Source of the DNA: Verrucomicrobiia bacterium
GTDB taxonomy: Bacteria; Verrucomicrobiota; Verrucomicrobiia; Limisphaerales; JAKPVM01
Reading direction: 5' to 3'
Assembly (NCBI GenBank): GCA_049968335.1
Contig: JBMFQZ010000008.1
Location: 877-64,876, forward strand
DNA: 64,000 nucleotides
Both the position numbers and the translations under genes were made by a program. A model generated the notes under the pieces. That model did no database searches. It saw nothing but the letters and a program-made list of their open reading frames with translations, and was not told the DNA's origin. Positions 56,230-64,000 of the stretch are shown piece after piece (position 1 is the stretch's first letter; each line of letters begins with the position of its first letter).

Positions 56230-57786
56230 TTAATGATGTTTAGTAGGGTTTATATGTTTGACCTGACGTTTCAATCCGCTGTTGCTTGAGACCTGTCGTA
56301 TTTTTATCTGGTTTGATTCTGCGAATTGTCGCAGGCATTCAGGCAATTCTTTGAACCCAACCCGCTTGCAATCTTCAAGCAGCGCAGTAGCAACTTTTTC
56401 GCGGTTGTATGTTTTAACTTCAGTCAGATATTCATATATCAATTCAAGCAATCGCGCGCGGGATATTGCGCTGGTGCGTCCAATTTTTCCAAAAAGCCAT
56501 TCTGTGAGAGACATAAACTCGTTAAACGGCGAGCGGCTCGGATTTTCATCTTCAAAGCCGAGAATAAGGTCTGTTGTTTTTATGAAATTGCCGCTGTTTG
56601 CTATGATGTCCCAGTATCGCGCAAATCGCTTTATTGACTGCATCTGAGAGAAAGTTATCAGGCTTGTCCGTAATATTTCATAAGGCGGTTTAGAGTTATA
56701 AACCATACCCCAGTTTTCTGTGTGCTTTGAGATCGGAGCGCCGCGTAGTCGTTTTAGAACTCCGACTTGAATCTCCTGTGGACGCATTCTGATCAAGCGG
56801 TCAAAACCTTCGGCAAAACTTTTAATATCTTCTCCCGGTAGCCCGGCAATAAGGTCGGTATGCAGGTGAGCGCCGGTCTGGTTTTTTAAAAATGTTAGAT
56901 TTTCTTCAAGCCGTTTATAATTTTGCCTTCTTTCGATTCTTTCAGACACCTCCGGGTTAAACGTCTGTATGCCTGCCTCAAATTGCAACGAACCAGGGGG
57001 AAATTTTTTAATCAAATCCCGCCACTTTAACGGCAGGCGGTCGGGAACAAGTTCAAAATGGAAGAACATACCCGGCTGATAATTGTTCAGGCAGAACTCA
57101 AGAATCCGCGAGCCGTGTTCAATACTCAAATTAAAAGTCCTGTCTACAAATTTGAACTGTTTTGCCCCGCGTTTGATTAATTCTTTCAGTTCGCTAAGAA
57201 AAATGTCTACTGGGAAATATCTTACCGGGACATTGAGCGAGGAGAGGCAAAACTCGCATTTAAACGGGCATCCGCGCGAGGATTCAACATAGATTATACG
57301 GTGTTTGATATCCTCATCGGTATAATATTGATAGGGCATTTTTATTTGATCAAGCGATGGAAATGGCGGGGAAATAATTTTAGATTCAGGCGCGGCGCCG
57401 TTTAATATTCGTTCGCAAAATTCTCTAAACGCAATGTCAGCCTCGCCACAGATAACATAGTCGCACAGCTGAACCACTGGATTATTCTCCCATTCGTAAC
57501 TTACTTCAGGACCGCCAAGCGCTATGATAGTTTGCGGACTAACCTTTTTTATAATTCCCACTAAGTCTTCAACCTCTCGCGAATTCCAGATATAAACGCC
57601 AATACCGATGATTTTCGGACTTTGATTTAGAATTGCTTCTGCCATATCTACCGGACGCGTTTGAAGATCAAACTCAAGTATCCGGGCGCGCGGTTTTAAC
57701 TCGCCAAGATTTGCATACAGATAGCGCAATCCGAACGCTGTATGGATATACTTCGCGTTAATCGTTGTAAGAATTACATCAACCAT
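56230..57786 (-). CDS. B12-binding-domain radical SAM protein (DUF4080-like C-terminus)
   Basis: N-terminal B12-binding-like Rossmann region, then ESSRGCPFKCEFCLS (CxxxCxxC). 518 aa. Confidence 0.8.
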   Translation of the reverse strand: MVDVILTTINAKYIHTAFGLRYLYANLGELKPRARILEFDLQTRPVDMAEAILNQSPKIIGIGVYIWNSREVEDLVGIIKKVSPQTIIALGGPEVSYEWENNPVVQLCDYVICGEADIAFREFCERILNGAAPESKIISPPFPSLDQIKMPYQYYTDEDIKHRIIYVESSRGCPFKCEFCLSSLNVPVRYFPVDIFLSELKELIKRGAKQFKFVDRTFNLSIEHGSRILEFCLNNYQPGMFFHFELVPDRLPLKWRDLIKKFPPGSLQFEAGIQTFNPEVSERIERRQNYKRLEENLTFLKNQTGAHLHTDLIAGLPGEDIKSFAEGFDRLIRMRPQEIQVGVLKRLRGAPISKHTENWGMVYNSKPPYEILRTSLITFSQMQSIKRFARYWDIIANSGNFIKTTDLILGFEDENPSRSPFNEFMSLTEWLFGKIGRTSAISRARLLELIYEYLTEVKTYNREKVATALLEDCKRVGFKELPECLRQFAESNQIKIRQVSSNSGLKRQVKHINPTKHH

Positions 57787-57804
57787 TTAACGAAATTTAC
57801 AAAA

Positions 57805-57813
57805 ATTATAACA
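57805..57813 (-). promoter_or_regulatory. Extended -10 element (TGtTATAAT) for the radical SAM gene
   Basis: Minus strand reads TGTTATAAT, 19-27 nt upstream of the ATG at 57786. This implies a very short leader without an obvious SD. Confidence 0.35.
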
Positions 57814-58182
57814 CAATAGCATTATTTATCCCAGATTTTGTAGTTGAGATATAAAAAAACGGTGAGGATTTGCTGAAAGAATCGTTAGCTTTGAACTTAG
57901 TAATTGATTTTAAAACCGTTCAAAATACAACGCTATTTAACCGTATGAACCCAATAGCCTCATATCAATCGCCCTCACCCCCGTTGGGGTTGAATGATGG
58001 TTGTTTTGTATTTTTTAATCCACCTATAAGTGGATAACATTCAGGGGCTGTGAAACCAATCATTAAATACTTTGACAAATTTAATTTCATCCAAAAATTA
58101 TGATTCTCAGAGATTATCTGAGTGTAGGTGAATTTATCGGATTAAAACAGAAGTTTTTAAGAAAAAAGGGTATAAATATTGA

Positions 58183-58233
58183 GCCGGCAGAAGTTTTAGC
58201 GGCTTTTTGAAAAACGGTGTAACCTCTGCCGGC
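58183..58233. terminator. Long hairpin downstream of the vWA gene, a possible terminator
   Basis: Perfect 9-bp arms, GCCGGCAGA (58183-58191) and TCTGCCGGC (58225-58233), with a 33-nt loop. It lies about 43 nt after the vWA stop on the minus strand. Confidence 0.35.
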
Positions 58234-58275
58234 TGCGTGAGTCTACTGGTTTCGGTACGCTTTCGCTCGCAAGAT

Positions 58276-60567
58276 TTAAGGAATTATTTGCTTTAGTTTC
58301 AACTGCTCCCAGAGTCTTTTGCCTTTTTTGATATTTTTCCATCCGCGCGGCAATGAACGGTTTGATTCTGCGATCTGTATAATTTGACTGATTATCGGAT
58401 ATTTTGCCTCGTATTGTCTGAGGAACCTGACCATTTTTCGCACGTGAAGTCTTAGAACACCAAAATCTGCATAACTTCCGCTATCTAATATTTTAAATAA
58501 TCCGAGAATGGTATTTTCAATGCGCTCTTCTTCATTTTTCCCTGGCATACCGCCATCAGGTTCAATTTGCGAAACAAGGTCGTATATATGATCATCGGAA
58601 GTGAGTTCCTTTTTACAAGGTCTTACATCAATAGATAAACAATACAGCTCATTAACGCTACAAAATGTACGAGAAGATATTGCGGGAGCGCGCATTTTTA
58701 TCTGGTTTATATTACTGTCAAAATATGCCCCCCATTGCACATCTTCAGGCATTCCTACCGGCACGACCCTTGTTATCGGTAATTTATTTCCTTTCTTCTC
58801 TTTCCTTTTTATCACAGCGACAAGCCCCATTGTTCCGCTTGCCAGTCCGTATTTCTTGCTTTGCTTTGTCAATTTGCTTAAAAGCGGTGAATCTTCTGCG
58901 GCGTTATCAAAAGAGCCAATTTGACTTTCAATGGAATCAATAATTCTTGCCCCTCTTAAAAGTTTTATGAAACTGTCGCCGTTTTTAAGTTCGGGTTTGA
59001 AAGGGAGAGTTTTTATTATTGATTCTCCGTTTTTTGAAATATGGAATTCAATTGCGCCATCTGGAAGTTCCGGGCTTTCGCCAAAAACAATGAGCGGTTT
59101 CCCTTGATAAATCATTGTCTTGAACTCAGGTTCAACCACAACCTTTTTGCAGCCATTGAATTTATAATTTTTTATTATACCGGCGCTTGTTTTGATAGAA
59201 TTAAACAGTTTCAATGCCTCTTCTTCTATCCTTTCGCGCGGGGTGACAAAAGCGCCGTTTCCACCTGTCTCGCTCGCAATTAGGTTGATAAACCGGTCCT
59301 GACTTGCGCTGCCAATTCCGAGGCAATGTATGCGGATGTTTTTCTCTTTTGCGATTTTAAGTATATCCTCTGTAGCGTATACCTGTCCGTCGGTTATTAC
59401 AAAAATGTCGCCGCATTTAAAATCTGAATTTATTAAATTAGATTGCGCCTCTCGAATTGCTGGACCGAGTTCAGTGCCGCCTCTTGCGTCTATCTTATCA
59501 ATAAAATCGAACGCGGTTTCTATGTTGCTTTTATCTGCGTTGATTAGCGAATTACCCAGCGCTTCAATTGAATTGTCAAATGCAATTACGGAGAATTTAT
59601 CCCCATTGTCCAGAGCGGTCAGGCAGGCTTTTGCAGCTCTTTTTGCCTGCTCAATGGGAACGCCCCCCATTGACCCCGAGCGGTCTATAACTATCACAAC
59701 ATTTACCGGACCTTTTGAGGACTTTTCTTCAAACAGGTTTGATGGGAATATTGCATAAAAATGAAATGTACCCTCCTTGCTTTTTTCGCACGCTGCGTGC
59801 GTTATTTCTTTTCTTGTTTTTATGTCAAGCACAAGGTCTCTGTTTGGAACATCTTTTTCTGTTGAAAGCGCTATGTTTGCAATCCCTGGTTTGACATTGC
59901 GTATTTTTAATGGATGAGATGGGGAGTTTATTTCGGCTATTTCGTCAGGCATTTCAACTGCAATATTAAAACCGATAGTGTGTAGGCTGTCAGAGTCTTT
60001 TTTATAGATTGGCAGAAACACATCTCCAAACTGCTCTTCGGGCAGTTCTATTTCGCCTGTCCCCATTTGCGCTTCGCATACTCTTGCCAGACTGTGATAG
60101 CAGGGGGCTAAAGTAAATGGAAATCTAAACCTCAAACCGTCATCGCGAATATCAACTCCGCATAATATTTCCAGATAAACTCCGACTTCTTCCTTCGGAT
60201 AGATGTTTCCGACAGTTAAGTTAATTATTCCATCCCTGTATCGCTGAGCCTGAACAGCAAGATTGCCTTTCTTAATCGCCTTTTCATAAATCTTTTTAGC
60301 CTCCTCTCTCTCCTTTAGTTTCGATTCAACAACAAGATTTTTGCTTTTTACCTTGAACCGTCTCAGTGTTGCATTTCTCGGAAGTCCGAATGAATACACA
60401 ACCTCGGTAGGATTTTGTTCGCCACACACAAATTTGTGTTCAACTATTAATTTTGCTCCAGCCGGCATTATTTTCCCAGTAACAAACAGGCTTTCCATTG
60501 CCAAATCAATAGGCGCGCCTGTTTTCTGCGCTGTTACTGTGAACGAGTTTAGTGTCTCATTATTCAT
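58276..60567 (-). CDS. Cytoplasmic VIT + von Willebrand factor A (vWA) domain protein with an unassigned ~300-aa C-terminal region
   Basis: VIT-like N-terminus (VVYSFGLPRNATLRRFKVKS...EAKKIYEKAIKKGNLAVQAQ...LTVGNIYPKEEV). vWA MIDAS VVIVIDRSGSMGG...ARGGTELG...ITDGQ. No signal peptide. ATG 60567 is preferred because it forms an ATGA overlap with the upstream stop; the ORF-track start at 60621 is the alternative. Confidence 0.8.
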   Translation of the reverse strand: MNNETLNSFTVTAQKTGAPIDLAMESLFVTGKIMPAGAKLIVEHKFVCGEQNPTEVVYSFGLPRNATLRRFKVKSKNLVVESKLKEREEAKKIYEKAIKKGNLAVQAQRYRDGIINLTVGNIYPKEEVGVYLEILCGVDIRDDGLRFRFPFTLAPCYHSLARVCEAQMGTGEIELPEEQFGDVFLPIYKKDSDSLHTIGFNIAVEMPDEIAEINSPSHPLKIRNVKPGIANIALSTEKDVPNRDLVLDIKTRKEITHAACEKSKEGTFHFYAIFPSNLFEEKSSKGPVNVVIVIDRSGSMGGVPIEQAKRAAKACLTALDNGDKFSVIAFDNSIEALGNSLINADKSNIETAFDFIDKIDARGGTELGPAIREAQSNLINSDFKCGDIFVITDGQVYATEDILKIAKEKNIRIHCLGIGSASQDRFINLIASETGGNGAFVTPRERIEEEALKLFNSIKTSAGIIKNYKFNGCKKVVVEPEFKTMIYQGKPLIVFGESPELPDGAIEFHISKNGESIIKTLPFKPELKNGDSFIKLLRGARIIDSIESQIGSFDNAAEDSPLLSKLTKQSKKYGLASGTMGLVAVIKRKEKKGNKLPITRVVPVGMPEDVQWGAYFDSNINQIKMRAPAISSRTFCSVNELYCLSIDVRPCKKELTSDDHIYDLVSQIEPDGGMPGKNEEERIENTILGLFKILDSGSYADFGVLRLHVRKMVRFLRQYEAKYPIISQIIQIAESNRSLPRGWKNIKKGKRLWEQLKLKQIIP

Positions 60568-61001
60568 ATTTGCTCCTCTGTTATGGTTTTTAACGTGTTT
60601 ATGATTTTCTTTATACGCCACGGACTCACCCCTGATTTTATGTGCACATTAATATCATCCCCTATCTTGTAAACATACCAGGTAGAAAATTCTTCAATAG
60701 GACTTTTTAAAAAATTGTTTGATTTAACAACTCCTGATTTTGCCAAGTAGTTAGACGGTTTTTCTATCATTCTAATCTCTTCAGTATTTGCTAGACGATT
60801 AGCAATTTCTGACAATGTAAACCCTTGGGACTGTAGTTTTTTTATTCTTGATATGAATTCAACGTGTTGTTCTGAGTATGAAGCCTTGCGTCCCCTCACA
60901 ATAGGCGGCGGCAATAGCCCTCTTGAAATGTAATACCTGATTGTTCTTTCAGGCACATTTGTAACCGCTGCAAGTTTTGCGAGACTATATGTCTTTTTCA
61001 T
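60564..61001 (-). CDS. MerR-family transcriptional regulator with an unassigned C-terminal domain
   Basis: From ATG 61001: MKKTYSLAKLAAVTNVPERTIRYYISRGLLPPPIVRGRKASYSEQHVEFISRIKKLQSQGFTLSEIANRL, a MerR HTH plus the start of the coiled coil. The last ~75 aa were not recognised. Confidence 0.8.
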   Translation of the reverse strand: MKKTYSLAKLAAVTNVPERTIRYYISRGLLPPPIVRGRKASYSEQHVEFISRIKKLQSQGFTLSEIANRLANTEEIRMIEKPSNYLAKSGVVKSNNFLKSPIEEFSTWYVYKIGDDINVHIKSGVSPWRIKKIINTLKTITEEQI

Positions 61002-61012
61002 ATTACTAAAAC

Positions 61013-61047
61013 AATCTACCACATATTTTAACACTGTCAAGTAGTGT
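61013..61047 (-). promoter_or_regulatory. Candidate sigma-70 promoter with an overlapping dyad, upstream of the MerR gene
   Basis: Minus strand: ACACTAC-TTGACA-GTGT..., that is TTGACA (61040-61035), a 16-nt spacer, and TAGATT (61018-61013). The dyad ACACT-N7-AGTGT (61031-61047) straddles the -35. The ATG lies only 11 nt after the -10, so the leader is near-leaderless. Confidence 0.4.
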
Positions 61048-61193
61048 CATATTATTTTTAATATTTTTCCAGAAGTTATTTACTCCAGAAATGTTCAGGA
61101 TTCAGACGAAAAAGGATTTGTTGATGCTCCTATTGTGGTTCAATAGCGGATAGTATAGTTTGCCGTAGATTTTATGACGATATTTAGCGCGTT

Positions 61194-62642
61194 TTACTTT
61201 CCAATAGGCAATAACTGTTCTGGCGAGTTATAAACGGCAAATGTGGATAACACTGGCGTTGCCCTGCTGCCGGTGATTTTTAGCCGTATTTTTTGCGCTT
61301 TGACCGTCGGAAAACAGAGAAGTCGTTTGTAGCCAATTGTGGCGCCGGTTTTTACGGTTTTCCAATCGTTGTCAATGTACGCCTCAATGGCAAAGCCAGA
61401 GATTCTCTGACCTAATTCAATTCGCTCCTGCAACATTACTACGTTAAACTGTTCGGGTTGGCTAAAGCTTAGGGTAATCCAGCCGTTAGTAACGTTATCA
61501 TCGCAAGCCCAGTAAGTTGAACGGTCGTTGTCGCAGACATTTGCCGGGGCATACTCCTTTGCGTTGCCTCTTGTGTTGCTTGCGGACGGCTCTGCTTTTG
61601 CGGCAAGGTTAGTTGCAAAGATTGCGTCAAGCGCGTTTTTAAACTCAGTTAACCGCTGTATATCTGCGTCGCTGATTTTTCCGCGTTTATCCGGCGGCAC
61701 ATTTAAATTCAAACAACTGTTGCGTCCGACCGATTTGAAATAAATCTCAATCAGTTTTGATAACGATTTAACTTTTGCGTCCTCGGACTGATGATAAAAC
61801 CAGCCCGGGCGAATAGACACGTCGCACTCGGAAGGCACCCAGTCCGGTCCGTTAATATCGCCGCTGCCCATCTGTGGCAATACTCCGCCGCCAACAGTGA
61901 CCTTAGAGATATTATACAAAGACCAGTTGGTTTCGCCGGCTAAGCCGGATTCGTTCCCGACCCAGCGGACGTCCGGTCCGGCATCGCTGAACATTACCGC
62001 GTTTGGCTGCAGGGCTCTGACTATGCTTCTATATCCTTCCCAGTCATAAACCTGTCTGCGTCCGTTCGGTCCTTCGCCGCACGCGCCGTCAAACCAGACC
62101 ATTGATATCTCGCCGTAATTAGTAAGGAGTTCTCTCAGTTGAGATTTATAGAATTCGTTGTAACGAGGCGAATCGCCGTAAGATGGCTCGTGTCTGTCCC
62201 ACGGCGAAAGATAGACTCCAAATTTTAATCCATATTCCTTGCAGGCTGCCGCTAATTCTTTGACAACGTCGCCCTGACCGTTCTTCCACGGGCTTGACGC
62301 GACCGAATGCGACGTCATTTTAGAAGGCCAGAGGCAAAATCCATCATGGTGCTTGCAGGTCAGAATAACCATTTTGAACCCTGCATCCTTGAAGACCTTT
62401 GCCCATTGCCGCGCGTCAAGTTCGGTTGGGTTAAACAATTTTGGGTCTTCTTTGCCATCGCCCCATTCCCTTCCAGTAAAGGTATTCATTCCAAAATGAA
62501 CAAATGCGTAACGTTCTGTTTCGTGCCATTGAATCTGGCGGGATAACGGTAACGGCGGCAGCGGCGGCGGCGGCGGAACAGCGGCTGACACAATGCAACA
62601 ACAATATAAAATAACCGGTAATGATAAAAACTGAGTTTTCAT
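61194..62642 (-). CDS. Secreted alpha-L-fucosidase (GH29) with a C-terminal F5/8 type C (discoidin) domain
   Basis: Signal peptide followed by a poly-Pro linker. FVHFGMNTF, KHHDGFCLWPS, YLSPWD. C-terminal NDRSTYWACDD...FNVVMLQE. Confidence 0.88.
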   Translation of the reverse strand: MKTQFLSLPVILYCCCIVSAAVPPPPPLPPLPLSRQIQWHETERYAFVHFGMNTFTGREWGDGKEDPKLFNPTELDARQWAKVFKDAGFKMVILTCKHHDGFCLWPSKMTSHSVASSPWKNGQGDVVKELAAACKEYGLKFGVYLSPWDRHEPSYGDSPRYNEFYKSQLRELLTNYGEISMVWFDGACGEGPNGRRQVYDWEGYRSIVRALQPNAVMFSDAGPDVRWVGNESGLAGETNWSLYNISKVTVGGGVLPQMGSGDINGPDWVPSECDVSIRPGWFYHQSEDAKVKSLSKLIEIYFKSVGRNSCLNLNVPPDKRGKISDADIQRLTEFKNALDAIFATNLAAKAEPSASNTRGNAKEYAPANVCDNDRSTYWACDDNVTNGWITLSFSQPEQFNVVMLQERIELGQRISGFAIEAYIDNDWKTVKTGATIGYKRLLCFPTVKAQKIRLKITGSRATPVLSTFAVYNSPEQLLPIGK

Positions 62643-62818
62643 TTCGCTAATATTTTATAATCTCTGGCTAATTGACACCAAGAATAAATCAAGCAACTCA
62701 TAAAAACCAGTGGAAAATCATTAATCGACGTTTTGTTTTTGAAAAGTCTGATTATGCAAGGAAAATCGCATTTTCAAGAAATGCTCGTGGTTCGGGAGAA
62801 TGTTTTTAGAATAGCATA

Positions 62819-62867
62819 TTGACAAGGTTGTAAAAAACAATTATGTTATTTCGTCGTATGGCGAAAT
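62819..62867 (+). promoter_or_regulatory. ars operon promoter and candidate ArsR operator
   Basis: TTGACA (62819-62824), a 17-nt spacer, and TATGTT (62842-62847). It is followed immediately by the inverted repeat ATTTCG-N8-CGAAAT (62848-62867). Confidence 0.45.
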
Positions 62868-62880
62868 ATAGAAGTATTAA

Positions 62881-63306
62881 ATGAAAGAATTGTTGAACAT
62901 AACAAACGCGCTGGCAGATGAAAACAGGTTGAAAATCTTATTTGCTCTGCAATATGGAGAACTCTGCGTCTGCCAGATAACGGCGTTTCTTAAACTCGCG
63001 CCGTCAACGGTTTCAAAACATCTTTCTATTTTAAAACAAGCCGGTCTTGCGGATTCGCGAAAAACCGAGCGCTGGGTCTATTATTTTCTGCCGGATAAAA
63101 ACGTTAATACATCAATAAAATCCGTTCTTGATTGGGTCTTTAAGGAGATGAAACGGTCTGCAGTTTCGCCGCAATTAACAAAAGAAATTCAAAAAGTGTT
63201 AAAGTTAGATGTAAATGATTTATGCAAAACACAAATCAAAAACCGAAGGTGCTCATCCTCTGCACGGGGAACTCGTGTCGGAGCCACATTGCCGAAGGGA
63301 TATTGA
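62881..63306 (+). CDS. arsR: ArsR/SmtB-family metalloregulator
   Basis: [49 protein letters not shown] metal site and wHTH. The 3' end overlaps arsC by 85 nt. Confidence 0.88.
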   Translation: MKELLNITNALADENRLKILFALQYGELCVCQITAFLKLAPSTVSKHLSILKQAGLADSRKTERWVYYFLPDKNVNTSIKSVLDWVFKEMKRSAVSPQLTKEIQKVLKLDVNDLCKTQIKNRRCSSSARGTRVGATLPKGY

Positions 63307-63683
63307 GAAATGTCGCGGGGGATTTAGTTGAAGCGCATAGCGCTGGGTCAAATCCTGCTGGCTATGTGCATCCGCTTGCGATTCAGGTAATGAAAGAGAT
63401 CGGGATTGACATCTCAAATCACCGTTCAAAGCATCTAAAAGAATTTTTAAATACAAACATAGAGACGGTGATCACGGTTTGCGATAATGCGGATAAGAAT
63501 TGTCCATTTTTCCCTGGACAGCTAAACCGGTATCACTGGCCTTTTGAAGACCCTGCAAAGGCTCAGGGCAGCGAGGAGGAGAAACTGGCTGTTTTTAGAA
63601 AGGTCAGGGACCAGATGAAGATGGTCTTTGAGGCGTATGCCGCAGGGCGTCGCGATCAAGCGAAGGCTTCAGGGCAACGATAG
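63222..63683 (+). CDS. arsC: Arsenate reductase, LMW-PTP (thioredoxin-coupled) type
   Basis: P-loop [17 protein letters not shown] (CX5R); downstream Cys in [13 protein letters not shown]. Confidence 0.9.
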   Translation: MQNTNQKPKVLILCTGNSCRSHIAEGILRNVAGDLVEAHSAGSNPAGYVHPLAIQVMKEIGIDISNHRSKHLKEFLNTNIETVITVCDNADKNCPFFPGQLNRYHWPFEDPAKAQGSEEEKLAVFRKVRDQMKMVFEAYAAGRRDQAKASGQR

Positions 63684-63766
63684 CGGCGTTTCAGTTAACA
63701 ACAACATATAAAGTCATTAAAAATATTTCGGAAAATTTTGAAAAATCCAGAAGATGACCGAATTTT

Positions 63767-64000
63767 ATGGAAGCGACTATTGCATCTGAAAAGGGTTCAT
63801 CGGCAAAGCGGCTGAATTTCTTTGAGCGTTATCTTTCTTTTTGGGTAATTATCTGTATGGTGGTGGGCGTCTGGATCGGAAAGACGTTTCCGGAGACCAT
63901 TTCAAAACTGAGCAAATTTGAGTTTTATGAAGGCTCGCAGGTAAACGTTCCGATTGCTGTTCTTATCTGGCTGATGATCTATCCGATGATGTTGAAAATA
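63767..64000 (+). CDS. acr3: Arsenite efflux transporter ACR3 family, 3'-truncated by the window edge
   Basis: Hand-translated open frame from ATG 63767: MEATIASEKGSSAKRLNFFERYLSFWVIICMVVGVWIGKTFPE...IAVLIWLMIYPMMLKI. This is the typical ACR3 N-terminus. Confidence 0.85.
   Translation, partial: MEATIASEKGSSAKRLNFFERYLSFWVIICMVVGVWIGKTFPETISKLSKFEFYEGSQVNVPIAVLIWLMIYPMMLKI

Noticed and set aside
60567-60621. A longer N-terminus for the vWA protein (MAYKENHKHVKNHNRGAN...) starting at ATG 60621, implying a 58-nt overlap with the MerR gene.
   Set aside because: The extra 18 residues have no similarity to the VIT domain. ATG 60567 forms a classic ATGA stop/start junction. The longer start cannot be excluded without experimental data.

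Overview
The window looks like a contiguous bacterial chromosome segment, about 45-50 % GC in the core genes by eye. My guess is the PVC superphylum, possibly Planctomycetota. That guess rests on an unusual EF-Tu switch-I sequence, the order tRNA-Thr/tuf/tRNA-Trp/secE, and many extended ribosomal proteins. It is inference only.

Layout:
- 1-13.9 kb, metabolic and envelope genes: ABC-2 exporter, XerC/D-type recombinase, a serine-palmitoyltransferase-like/SDR/PAP2 operon, a secreted glycoside hydrolase, proC, an AI-2E transporter, an EEP hydrolase and xylulokinase.
- 14.2-46.0 kb, one uninterrupted minus-strand block for transcription and translation: tRNA-Thr, tuf, tRNA-Trp, tRNA-Ser, secE, nusG, rplKAJL, rpoBC, rpsLG, fusA, the S10, spc and alpha operons, ending at rplQ with a clear intrinsic terminator. 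rpmD, adk and rpmG are absent. rpmJ was found by hand.
- 46-64 kb, accessory mosaic:
  - an orphan HTH-S24 repressor divergent from a tandem excisionase-type HTH protein
  - dus
  - an ECF sigma/anti-sigma/secreted-protein operon
  - hisB
  - a fucose set: FKP fucokinase/GDP-fucose pyrophosphorylase, a Tat-signal FucI-like protein and a GH29 fucosidase
  - a B12-binding radical SAM protein
  - an AT-rich MerR + cytoplasmic VIT-vWA cassette
  - arsR-arsC-acr3

No CRISPR array, rRNA, transposase or clear prophage was seen.

The best candidates for something undescribed are:
- the translationally coupled MerR/VIT-vWA cassette and its 490-bp structured spacer
- the orphan repressor/Xis-like switch
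- the Cys/His-rich Tat protein
- the SPT-SDR-PAP2 lipid operon

All functional calls come from motif recognition and synteny by eye. No database search was run.
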